From assembly GCA_036261625.1 (NCBI GenBank), contig DATAKL010000009.1, positions 1,990 through 65,989 on the forward strand: DNA of 64,000 nt, in the 5' to 3' direction. This document shows, piece by piece, positions 51,323-60,443 of this stretch. Numbering within the stretch: position 1 is the first letter of the stretch; each line of letters starts with the position of its first letter. A model generated the notes under the pieces. It did not search any database. It saw only the letters and a list, made by a program, of their open reading frames with translations, and was not told the DNA's origin. The DNA comes from Ignavibacteriales bacterium (lineage in GTDB: Bacteria > Bacteroidota > Ignavibacteria > Ignavibacteriales > SURF-24). The position numbers and the translations under genes are program-made.

Positions 51323-52255
51323 TTGAAAGCTATAGCCAGCATGAAACAGTTCGTTGGAATCAAAACCGAAAGCGAATTAAAAAGAAAAGAGGAGCCTAAA
51401 AGTAGAACAAGAGATTTCATTAAGAATCTTTTGTTTGCCCTTATAGGGGCTCTTGTTATCAAAACATTTTTCCTTGAATCATCAAGAATCCCTACCGGCT
51501 CCATGGAAGGGACAATGCTGGTTGGAGACTTCGTACTTGTAAACAAAATGATCTATGGCTCATCCACGCCAAGAAACATTCCATTTACAAATATTTCGCT
51601 CCCTTTCTATACACTCCCTGCTTTTCGTGAGCCCAAAAGGGAAGATGTTGTTGTTTTTGATTACCCGGGCAATTCTGATGAATTGGAATCACCCGTTATT
51701 ATGAGCTATGTCAAAAGGCTGGTCGGCCTGCCGGGCGATACGATCCAAATAAAAGATAAAGTACTGTTTGTAAATGGACGGGAATTCCGGAGGCCTCCGA
51801 ACATTCAATATATTGATCCTGTAGTAAGACCTGCAGGAATGGATGAGAGCGATATATTTCCAGGATCTGCCAATTGGAACAGGGATAACTACGGCCCTAT
51901 AGTTGTTCCCGGAAAGGGAGAGGTAATAAAGCTAAATCCTTCCAACCTTGAACAGTGGAGAACTATAATTGACCGCGAATTTGGACGGCGGGTTGTAAAT
52001 GTTTCCGGCAATCAGGTTACCATTGATGGAAAGCCCGCCAGTTCATATACTCTGAAGAAGGATTATTATTTTATGATGGGTGATAACAGGGATAACAGCG
52101 CAGACAGCCGGTATTGGGGATTTGTACCGAGAGATAAGATAATCGGAAGAGCTGAAATAGTATATTGGTCGTGGGACCCATCCATTCCTTTTTATGAATT
52201 ATTTGATTTATTGGGATCGGTCAGATTTAGCAGAATTGCCAGACTGATAAAATGA
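51323..52255 (+). CDS. lepB: signal peptidase I
   Basis: Catalytic Ser box IPTGSMEGTM, Lys box VKRLVGLPGD and GDNRDNSADSRYWGFVP. The start is TTG 51323 or ATG 51341. Confidence 0.92.
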   Translation: MKAIASMKQFVGIKTESELKRKEEPKSRTRDFIKNLLFALIGALVIKTFFLESSRIPTGSMEGTMLVGDFVLVNKMIYGSSTPRNIPFTNISLPFYTLPAFREPKREDVVVFDYPGNSDELESPVIMSYVKRLVGLPGDTIQIKDKVLFVNGREFRRPPNIQYIDPVVRPAGMDESDIFPGSANWNRDNYGPIVVPGKGEVIKLNPSNLEQWRTIIDREFGRRVVNVSGNQVTIDGKPASSYTLKKDYYFMMGDNRDNSADSRYWGFVPRDKIIGRAEIVYWSWDPSIPFYELFDLLGSVRFSRIARLIK

Positions 52256-52307
52256 CAATATATAATGATTTAATTTCATTTATATATTTGTTGTGGCATC
52301 GGAATAT

Positions 52308-52425
52308 GGCGCAGCTGACCGCAGCGCAATGGGATTGTTGGGGGATTCTTTGGTCCCGGGGTTCAGTCCCCGCCAAAGGCGGGTTCCTCACCCTGGGCTA
52401 TCAATACCAGGCCGCTGGCCGCGGC
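52308..52425 (+). repeat. GC-rich modular hairpin repeat, single unit (copy R4)
   Basis: GCGCAGCTGACCGCAGCGC hairpin and G-rich tract GGGATTGTTGGGGGATT. Outer stem CCCGGGG/CCCTGGG encloses CCCGCC-aaa-GGCGGG. Then CTATCAATACCAG plus GCCGC-tggcc-GCGGC. Lies between convergent genes. Confidence 0.8.
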
Positions 52426-52479
52426 ATTTGAAGAAAGCTTTCGGCCGGCGGAGGATTTAATATCCTGGCCATGAGAAAA

Positions 52480-53676
52480 CTACTTCCCGTTAAACGTGGT
52501 CATAAGATATATCTTATCCGATGGCGCGGTTTTGCCCTCGCCAGTTTCAAGCGTTACGATGTATGAATCAATTTTTCCCTGCTTGTCCCCGGGAACGGAG
52601 AAGGGGAAATATTCTACTTCACGCCTCGTTTTGAATGTGCCAAGCGAATAATAGTTTTTGCCGCTCTGAAGCCAGAGCTCGTAGATACTGCTGTCTTTAA
52701 GTGCCGGCATATTGTATAACTGAATTACTCCCTCGCTTCCGTTCTCTAGAAGCGTAAGCTTCCCGAAACCTCCGGAATTTGCTGCCGTTCCATCCAGATT
52801 AATTGTCCTAAGATCCTTTGCACTCAATACAGCCAGCACCTTCTGGTTTCTGTCCAGACGCAGCATCTCACTGTTTAAGGCATTGACCTGTCCGCTAAGT
52901 GATGCAATCTGCTCTTTTCCCTGACTGATCCTCCGGTTCATTAAAAGATAAGTTACTGCTCCTGCTATTAGAACTAATACCAGAACTACACTCATGACAA
53001 GAATAGTCTTAAAATAGCTTTTGGTTTCGGCTTCAGGCTCTTCCATAGCGGGCCGCGCTGCCTCGGGCATAACAGGCTCCATCGTCCTGTAGGCGCGGTT
53101 TGCTGTATTCTGAGACGCCGGAGCCCCGGCGGCTTCACTCTCAGGTTTATCCGCTTCCGTATACGGCACTTCAAATATGGTGGACTTCTTAAGCCCGCGG
53201 TTATTCCGCTCTCTTTCGGGCACCGGGCCTTCTATTGCCGGGCCTTCTGGCACCGGACTTTCATATTCAGGGTTTTGAGGCAGAGGAGTTTCCACGGTCA
53301 TTCTGCCCGTTGTTTTTAACGGGGGCGCCATTTCAGGCTTTTCAGCCACTTTTTCAGAAAATATGTTTTCATTTGCCGGAGCGGTTTCACCTGCGGCAGC
53401 CTCATTTTGCGACTGTCTTCTTTTTTCCTTCAGCTCCTCACGCATGCGGTAAAGCCTTTTGGCTACCCTGTCCTTAACTTCCGCGGCGGGCCGTTCAATT
53501 TCAAGTATTGCAGGCAATAAGGAAACTACATTCTGCAGTTCCCCAAGTTCCCTATCCGGAGCCTTCTTACCCGAGGAAAGGTATTCAAGAAATTCCAGGT
53601 ATTCATTTCTATCCAGGCACCCTGCACTGAATGCGTGAATCATTTCGTTAAATTTCTGTTCGCTCAAATTTCTCAT
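52480..53676 (-). CDS. anti-sigma factor with RskA-like extracytoplasmic domain
   Basis: Follows the ECF sigma gene after a 4-nt gap. Pro/Glu-rich linker, single TM ILVMSVVLVLVLIAGAVTYLL and a C-terminal domain with YELWLQ (anti-sigma-K RskA pattern). Confidence 0.65.
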   Translation of the reverse strand: MRNLSEQKFNEMIHAFSAGCLDRNEYLEFLEYLSSGKKAPDRELGELQNVVSLLPAILEIERPAAEVKDRVAKRLYRMREELKEKRRQSQNEAAAGETAPANENIFSEKVAEKPEMAPPLKTTGRMTVETPLPQNPEYESPVPEGPAIEGPVPERERNNRGLKKSTIFEVPYTEADKPESEAAGAPASQNTANRAYRTMEPVMPEAARPAMEEPEAETKSYFKTILVMSVVLVLVLIAGAVTYLLMNRRISQGKEQIASLSGQVNALNSEMLRLDRNQKVLAVLSAKDLRTINLDGTAANSGGFGKLTLLENGSEGVIQLYNMPALKDSSIYELWLQSGKNYYSLGTFKTRREVEYFPFSVPGDKQGKIDSYIVTLETGEGKTAPSDKIYLMTTFNGK

Positions 53677-53680
53677 CTTC

Positions 53681-54271
53681 TTATCCTTTTATCAGGTTGT
53701 CTTTAAGATTGCCGAGAGCGATCTGAATCTTGCTTTTAACGGTAGGCAGGGGAATGTTTAACTTTTCTGCAATTGCGGCCTGTGTAAAGCCTTCATAAAA
53801 AGCCAGGTAAATAACGTACTTCTGTGCGTCTGTCAGGCGGTTTAAGGCCACTTCAACGTTGCTTTTGACGTTCAAGGCGGATTCCAGATCCAGCTGATCT
53901 ATGCCGCGGGAAAGATGCGGAATTATAAATGCGTTTTCATACTCTTCTGTGTATTCTTCTACGGCAGGCGCTTGCCCCCTTTGGACGGGGCGGTTCCTTC
54001 TTAAATAGTCTGCGGCCTTGTTTCTTGAAAGAAGGACGAGCCATGCATAGACGTTCCCGGTAGAAAAGTTAAAACGGTCGATCTTTCTCCAGATTATGGC
54101 AAAGACTTCAATGAGAACCTCTTCTGCCAGGCGCTCCTCAACTACTATCCTTTTTATTAATGTAAATAAGATGGGTGAGTACCTGTCGTATAAGGTTTCG
54201 AGTGCTCTGGAATCGTACTGGGAGATTTTCCGGAACAGCTCCAGATCAGTGAGTATTGAATAGCTTTTCAA
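53681..54271 (-). CDS. ECF (group 4) sigma-70 factor
   Basis: Region 2 (AEEVLIEVFAIIWRKIDRF..WLVLLSRNKAADYLR) and region 4 (YVIYLAFYEGFTQAAIAEKLNIPLPTVKSKI). Confidence 0.88.
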   Translation of the reverse strand: MKSYSILTDLELFRKISQYDSRALETLYDRYSPILFTLIKRIVVEERLAEEVLIEVFAIIWRKIDRFNFSTGNVYAWLVLLSRNKAADYLRRNRPVQRGQAPAVEEYTEEYENAFIIPHLSRGIDQLDLESALNVKSNVEVALNRLTDAQKYVIYLAFYEGFTQAAIAEKLNIPLPTVKSKIQIALGNLKDNLIKG

Positions 54272-54476
54272 TTTAATTCTTTTTATGTTTTTGTACTATT
54301 TTACAAAACTAAAATAACGAACCCTAAAAATCAATTCCGCCCTGAAGGTCTTAATTTAAGAACTTTATTGATAAAAAGGAAAAGCAAAGTTAAATTACCC
54401 GGAAGTAATTTTATATTTATCAGGAAAAACATTTATCCTGATATACCGGACCCAGGAACAATTAAATGGAGTTTCA

Positions 54477-56372
54477 ATGAAAAGGCATCTCTTACTAACA
54501 GCCATAGGTTTACTTTTTATTTTTTCATCCGCTGCCGCACAGGCTTCACCGAAGTTTTCCTTTACACCTGAGCATCCGAAGGCAGGTGAGGAAATTACTG
54601 TGAAATTCAATCCTGCTGGAACCATTCTTGCCGATGCTCAGAATATTGAAGTGACTGCTTACCTCTACAGCGTGGATCTGGATGAGGCTAAAGGCGTCGA
54701 AATGAAGAAAGAGGGGAACATTTTTACAGGAGTAATTAAGACAAGTCCCCAAACACGCGGTCTGATTATTAAATTTAAGGACGGCGAGACTGCCGATAAC
54801 AATAAAGGGCAGGGATACATTGTTAACCTCTACGGCCCCGACGGCAAACTCATACCGGGAAGCATGGCAGGCCTTGCTGCTGCAAAAGGCAACTGGGGTG
54901 TGCGCTACCTGGATATGGATCGCGACCGCGAGGCTGCCAACAAGCTTTTCCTCGAGGAGTTCAAGAAAAACCCGCAGGTTAAATCAGAATACCTCGATCA
55001 GTACTTTAAGGTAATTTTCCCCCTGATGGGTGAAAAAGCCAATAGTATTATATCCAAAGAACTCAGCCTTAAGGAGAAGAATCCCGTTAATTCGGAAGAG
55101 TACTTAACCTTAATGACTACCTGGTACGGCAGCCTTAAGAATGAAGCTAAAAGTGCACAGTATAAAAAAGAGCTTCTTGAGAAATTCCCGAATGGCAAGA
55201 TGGCACAGGCAGAAAAAGCTGCTGAAATAAATAAAACTGAAGACTTAAATAAAAAACTTGAACTCATAAAGTCTTTTGAGACCAAATTCCCCAAAAGCGA
55301 ATATACCGCCGGCCTTTATGACGGTGTCCTCTCTTCATATAAATCAAAGAAGATGTATAAGGACGCCTATGAATTCATTAAAGCCAATCAGTCAAAGATC
55401 AGCGCTTACTCATTCTATACTTTAGTCAGTCAGATGCTGAAGGAAGATGCCGACATGAATCTTGCCGGTGAAATTGCTCCGCTCGGCATTCAAAGAACCG
55501 GAGAGGAAATTGCCTTTATAGGAGGAAAACCAAATTTCCAGACGGAAAGTGAATACAGGCAGGAACAGGAGTACATCCTGGGACTCAACTTTTTTGCCCA
55601 GGGCAAAGTGCTCAGTAAACTGGGTAAAAAAGCCGAGGCTACAAAATCTTTTCAGACTGCCGCAAAACTTCTTAAGAATCAAGAGCCGGAGGCCAATGAA
55701 CTCTATGCAAATCTCCTTATTGAAACCGGACAGCAGGAGGCGGCAATAGCCCACCTTGAATCTGTAATCAAATCGGGCAACGGCACTCCGCTCATGAAAG
55801 ACTATCTGAAAACAGCCTACACAAAGAAAAACGGAAGTGAAAAGGGATTTCCGGAATTTCTCGCACAGCTGGACGCCGCGGCTAAAGAAGGACTAGTAAA
55901 GAAACTTAAAAAAGAGATGCTGAATGATAAAGCACCAGATTTTAAGCTGAAGGATCTGGACGGACATGAAGTAAAACTTTCTTCGCTTAAGGGGAAAACC
56001 GTTATACTCGACTTCTGGGCAACCTGGTGCCCTCCCTGCAGGGCTTCATTCCCCGGTATGAAGAAAGCCGTTGAGAAATACCAATCTAACCCGAACGTGC
56101 GTTTTCTTTTCGTTGATACACGCGAGCGCGTGGAGGATAAGAAGAAAAATGCAGCCGACTTCCTGGCCAAAAACCAGTACCCGTTCCATGTGCTGCTGGA
56201 CCTGGAGAGCAAGGTTCTTGAGCTTTACAAGGTGCCCGGAATTCCGACTAAATTTGTAATCGATAAAAACGGGAAAGTCCGCTTCAAGGTCGTGGGCTTC
56301 GGCGGCAACACAGACCAGATGCTGGAAGAAATTGATGCCATGATATCAATGGCAGACGGATCAGTTCTCTAG
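54477..56372 (+). CDS. secreted TPR-like protein with C-terminal TlpA/redoxin thioredoxin domain
   Basis: Signal peptide. Helical-repeat middle region. C-terminal APDFKLKDLDGHEVKLSSLKGKTVILDFWATWCPPCR (CxxC). Confidence 0.8.
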   Translation: MKRHLLLTAIGLLFIFSSAAAQASPKFSFTPEHPKAGEEITVKFNPAGTILADAQNIEVTAYLYSVDLDEAKGVEMKKEGNIFTGVIKTSPQTRGLIIKFKDGETADNNKGQGYIVNLYGPDGKLIPGSMAGLAAAKGNWGVRYLDMDRDREAANKLFLEEFKKNPQVKSEYLDQYFKVIFPLMGEKANSIISKELSLKEKNPVNSEEYLTLMTTWYGSLKNEAKSAQYKKELLEKFPNGKMAQAEKAAEINKTEDLNKKLELIKSFETKFPKSEYTAGLYDGVLSSYKSKKMYKDAYEFIKANQSKISAYSFYTLVSQMLKEDADMNLAGEIAPLGIQRTGEEIAFIGGKPNFQTESEYRQEQEYILGLNFFAQGKVLSKLGKKAEATKSFQTAAKLLKNQEPEANELYANLLIETGQQEAAIAHLESVIKSGNGTPLMKDYLKTAYTKKNGSEKGFPEFLAQLDAAAKEGLVKKLKKEMLNDKAPDFKLKDLDGHEVKLSSLKGKTVILDFWATWCPPCRASFPGMKKAVEKYQSNPNVRFLFVDTRERVEDKKKNAADFLAKNQYPFHVLLDLESKVLELYKVPGIPTKFVIDKNGKVRFKVVGFGGNTDQMLEEIDAMISMADGSVL

Positions 56373-56480
56373 GTGTACTTTACACGGCGTTCTTTTTAGA
56401 TTTTTCCGGTTTCTTTTACCCTGCACTAAATAGCTTGACATGCAGAGTGTTTTTGCTATTTTAATATTTAGGTGACTTTT

Positions 56481-56516
56481 GAGAGGGGATTAACCCCCTC
56501 TCAAAACCGGTTTTTT
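56481..56516 (+). terminator. tandem hairpins with T-run after the thioredoxin gene
   Basis: GAGAGGGG-attaac-CCCCTCTC, followed by the palindrome AAAACCGGTTTT and additional T residues. Confidence 0.6.
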
Positions 56517-56580
56517 GAACTCACCTTTGAATTAAGTTTTGTCTTTCAAGCAAAACATTGTGAAGGGAGGAATCTTTAAG

Positions 56581-57384
56581 ATGCTAAGAAGTGTAAAGGA
56601 AATGGAAAAATTCAGAATAGCAGCTACGGATGGTGAAATCGGCGATGCCTATGACTTTTATTTTAATGACCTGCAATGGACTATCCGCTATCTTGTTGTT
56701 GAAACCGGCGGATGGCTTTCCAAAAAACAGGTGCTTATTTCCCCTTACTCAATCCAAAAAACCGGCCCGGAAGAAAAAGAACTCTCACTTAATCTTACCA
56801 AAAAGCAGATCGAACAAAGCCCCGATGTCTCGACAGATGAACCTGTAAGCCGGCAGAACGAAATTGATCTTATGAGGTACTATAACTGGCCCAGGTACTG
56901 GGACTGGGGTGAGGCCGGACTGCCGTATACGCCGGGAGCCGCCAGCTTTATGGCATCAGGACCTATATTAAACGAAGGTGCCTTAAACGAAGAAAATAAG
57001 GAGCAGCAATCTTCAGGCAGCGAAAAAGAGCATAATGAAAAAAAGGGAGATCCTCACTTAAGAAGCTGCAGGGAAATTCTGGGCTATAAACTCCTGGCCG
57101 CCGACGGCGAAACAGGACAGGTGGAGGATTTCATTCTGGATGACGAGACCTGGATCATCCGTTATATGGTCTTCGACACCGGCAGCTGGCTTACCGGCGG
57201 CAAAAAGTTTCTCATCGCTCCTCACTGGATCAATAAAGTAGAGTGGGCTGATTCCTCGGTCCATGTCGTCTTAAAGAACCAGGACATTAAAAACAGCCCG
57301 CCTTATGATCCGTCCAGTACACTGAACCGGGATTATGAAGAACTGCTTTATGAACATTACGGACTTCCCAAGTACTGGGTCTGA
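56581..57384 (+). CDS. PRC-barrel domain protein (two PRC barrels)
   Basis: ATG 56581 with GAAGGGAGG 11 nt upstream. Two copies of the pattern (V/L)...DGE.G...DF..DD..W.IRY(L/M)V..TG.WL..K, separated by an acidic linker. Confidence 0.65.
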   Translation: MLRSVKEMEKFRIAATDGEIGDAYDFYFNDLQWTIRYLVVETGGWLSKKQVLISPYSIQKTGPEEKELSLNLTKKQIEQSPDVSTDEPVSRQNEIDLMRYYNWPRYWDWGEAGLPYTPGAASFMASGPILNEGALNEENKEQQSSGSEKEHNEKKGDPHLRSCREILGYKLLAADGETGQVEDFILDDETWIIRYMVFDTGSWLTGGKKFLIAPHWINKVEWADSSVHVVLKNQDIKNSPPYDPSSTLNRDYEELLYEHYGLPKYWV

Positions 57385-57498
57385 GGGCCATATTTAAAAA
57401 GTCTGATCTATAATGCTTATTCTTTTCTGCTAAAGAAATGATTTGTCTGAGTAATTTGTAATGCACAGGGATTATATTAATTATTAAGAGAGGTTAAT

Positions 57499-58035
57499 AT
57501 GCTAAGGAATATGACTTTATTTTTTTTGCTTGTAGTTTTTTCAGGCATTACTTCATATGCACAGATGCAGAACCAGGCTGAGGACGTGACAAAAGCTGTT
57601 GCTGTACTGATACCTACACAGGGAAGCAATGTAAAAGGTGTAGTAACATTTACCAAAGACGGGGATAACCTTAAAGTTACAGCCGACCTGGAAGGGCTTA
57701 CCCCGGGCAAACACGGATTACACATTCACCAATTCGGAGACTTGACTTCGCCCGACGGCAAATCGGCTGGTGACCACTTCAACCCCACAGAACAACGGCA
57801 CGGCGGACCTACAGACGTTCAGCACCATATGGGAGATCTGGGTAACATCGAGGCTCAGTCCGACGGAAAGGCACACCTCGAGATGACGCTCCAGGGCGTG
57901 AGTCTTACAGGCCCAAATTCAATCATCGGGCGCTCTGTTGTAGTACATGAAAAAGAAGACGATATGATGTCGCAGCCGGCGGGCAATGCAGGCTCCCGCC
58001 TGGCCGTGGGCGTAATTGGCATTGCACAGAAGTAA
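57499..58035 (+). CDS. sodC: periplasmic Cu/Zn superoxide dismutase
   Basis: Signal peptide. HGLHIHQFGD, GDHFNP, HMGDLGN and VVVHEKEDD metal-ligand motifs. Confidence 0.93.
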   Translation: MLRNMTLFFLLVVFSGITSYAQMQNQAEDVTKAVAVLIPTQGSNVKGVVTFTKDGDNLKVTADLEGLTPGKHGLHIHQFGDLTSPDGKSAGDHFNPTEQRHGGPTDVQHHMGDLGNIEAQSDGKAHLEMTLQGVSLTGPNSIIGRSVVVHEKEDDMMSQPAGNAGSRLAVGVIGIAQK

Positions 58036-58102
58036 TCCATTACAGTAGTAATCCGCTGCAAAAGTAATTTTTGAACATGACCACCGAAAGGATGAGACCA
58101 TT

Positions 58103-60415
58103 ATGAGGCATAACTATAAGAGACTGTGGATCGGCCTGGGAGCTGTTATAATTTTTTCTTTTCTTATTCTGGCATATTACGGCGTGGAAATCTATCAGCA
58201 GGCACCCCCTGAACCAAAGCGCGTCGTGACAACTGAGGGACGGGTGCTCTTTACAGGGCAGGATATTAAAGACGGACAGAACGTCTGGCAGTCCATTGGC
58301 GGACAGGAACTTGGAACAGTATGGGGGCACGGAAGCTATGTGGCGCCCGACTGGACGGCAGACTGGCTGCACCGCGAAGCCGTGTGGATGCTGAACAATT
58401 ACGCTATGAATTCATACGGCACCGCTTACGATAAAATAGATAACCAAAAAAAAGCCTCCCTCACAGAAAAACTGAAAGAGGAACTCAGGCGTAATACCTA
58501 TAACCCTGAAACCGGAGACTTGACCATATCTGAAGACCGCGCACGCGCAGTAAGCGATATAAGCTCTTACTATGCCTCTTTGTTCGGAAATGATCCTGAA
58601 CTTGACGAGCTCAGGCGTGACTATGCCATACCCGAAAACACGATTAAAGACCCTGAACGCCAAAGAAAAATGAACGCATTTTTCTTCTGGGCATCCTGGG
58701 CCTGCGTTACTAACCGTCCCGGTCAGAATGTAAGTTATACGAATAACTGGCCTTCGGAACCTTTAGTCGGCAACCAGCCCACGGGTCAGATTGTAATCTG
58801 GTCTGTTATAAGTTTTGTACTTCTTCTTGCCGGAATCGGAGCCCTGGCCTGGTATTATGCAGTCCAGAGGAGGAAACCGGAAGAAGAACATGTTCTGCCC
58901 GAGTGGGATCCGCTTCTGGCCTTAAAACCCACAGCCTCCATGAGGGCAACGCTTAAGTATTTCTGGGTCGTGGCGGCCCTGATTGTCCTTCAGGTAATTA
59001 TGGGCGTCATAACAGCTCACTACGGCGTTGAAGGCAACGGTCTCTACGGCATCCCGCTTGCAAAATGGCTCCCTTATTCTGTAACAAGAACCTGGCACAC
59101 TCAGCTCGGCATCTTCTGGATTGCAACGGCCTGGCTTGCAACGGGGCTTTTTATTGCACCTGCCGTTTCGGGCTATGAACCGAAACTCCAAAGAGCAGGG
59201 GTTAACTTCCTCTTTGTCTGCCTGCTTATAATTGTCCTGGGCTCCATGGCAGGCCAGTGGCTGGGAGTCGAGCAGAAGCTTGGGCTCGAAATCAATTTCT
59301 GGTTCGGGCACCAGGGCTATGAATACGTGGACCTTGGGCGCTTCTGGCAGATATTCCTCCTTGTGGGGCTTTTCCTATGGCTTTTCCTCATGGGGCGCGC
59401 TATGCTGCCGGCATTTAAGAACATGGCGGAAAACAAGCACCTTCTGGGGCTTTTTCTAATCGCCAGCATTGCAATTGCTCTGTTCTATGCTGCCGGGCTC
59501 ATGTGGGGGCGCCAGACCAACCTGGCAATAGCAGAGTACTGGAGGTGGTGGGTTGTGCATCTCTGGGTGGAAGGATTTTTCGAAGTCTTTGCAACCGTGG
59601 CAATAGCGTTCCTTTTTACCAGGATGGGTTTACTAAGAGTAGCCACTGCAACCTCTGCCGTTCTGTTTTCAACCATTATATTCCTCTCGGGCGGAATTGT
59701 AGGGACATTCCATCACCTCTACTTTACCGGAACCCCCACGGCTGTAATGGCTTTCGGCGCCACTTTCAGCGCGCTTGAAGTTGTGCCCCTTGTTTTAATA
59801 GGTTTTGAGGGCTATGAGAATCTTACCTTAAGCCGCGCAAAGAAGTGGGTCGAGGCCTATAAGTGGCCCATCTACTGCTTTGTAGCCGTAGCATTCTGGA
59901 ACCTTGTTGGCGCGGGACTCTTCGGATTTCTCATAAATCCCCCGATTGCCTTGTACTATATGCAGGGGCTTCAGACTACTCCCGTGCACGGGCACACGGC
60001 GCTCTTCGGCGTATACGGAATGCTGGGAATCGGTTTTATGCTCTTCTGCCTGAAAGGTCTTACTGTGCATTACGTCTGGAAGACAAAAGCGCTCTCGTTT
60101 GCTTTCTGGGCAATTAATATAGGTTTAAGTCTTATGGTGCTTATCAGCATGCTCCCTTTAGGACTTATACAGACCTGGGCCAGCGTGGAGCATGGAATGT
60201 GGTATGCCAGATCGGCTGAATTCACAAAGATCCCTCTTCTTGACACGCTTAGATGGCTGAGGGTAATCGGCGACACAATCTTTGCCTTCGGAATACTTGC
60301 ACTCGGCTACTTTGTAATGGGCCTTAAGACAGGCTGGTCTATAACAAAAGAAGTTGATGCCGTCGGGAAAGAATTTCCTGAAGGAGCACCTAAAGGATCG
60401 GAAACAGCATCCTGA
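58103..60415 (+). CDS. norB: quinol-dependent nitric oxide reductase (qNOR) large subunit
   Basis: 770 aa with a long N-terminal extension. YKRLWIGLGAVII...GHGSYVAPDWTADWLHRE closely parallels characterised qNOR N-termini. C-terminal 12-TM heme-copper-oxidase-like core. Confidence 0.93.
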   Translation: MRHNYKRLWIGLGAVIIFSFLILAYYGVEIYQQAPPEPKRVVTTEGRVLFTGQDIKDGQNVWQSIGGQELGTVWGHGSYVAPDWTADWLHREAVWMLNNYAMNSYGTAYDKIDNQKKASLTEKLKEELRRNTYNPETGDLTISEDRARAVSDISSYYASLFGNDPELDELRRDYAIPENTIKDPERQRKMNAFFFWASWACVTNRPGQNVSYTNNWPSEPLVGNQPTGQIVIWSVISFVLLLAGIGALAWYYAVQRRKPEEEHVLPEWDPLLALKPTASMRATLKYFWVVAALIVLQVIMGVITAHYGVEGNGLYGIPLAKWLPYSVTRTWHTQLGIFWIATAWLATGLFIAPAVSGYEPKLQRAGVNFLFVCLLIIVLGSMAGQWLGVEQKLGLEINFWFGHQGYEYVDLGRFWQIFLLVGLFLWLFLMGRAMLPAFKNMAENKHLLGLFLIASIAIALFYAAGLMWGRQTNLAIAEYWRWWVVHLWVEGFFEVFATVAIAFLFTRMGLLRVATATSAVLFSTIIFLSGGIVGTFHHLYFTGTPTAVMAFGATFSALEVVPLVLIGFEGYENLTLSRAKKWVEAYKWPIYCFVAVAFWNLVGAGLFGFLINPPIALYYMQGLQTTPVHGHTALFGVYGMLGIGFMLFCLKGLTVHYVWKTKALSFAFWAINIGLSLMVLISMLPLGLIQTWASVEHGMWYARSAEFTKIPLLDTLRWLRVIGDTIFAFGILALGYFVMGLKTGWSITKEVDAVGKEFPEGAPKGSETAS

Positions 60416-60443
60416 AGCTTCAGAAGGACAAGGATAAGCATGG

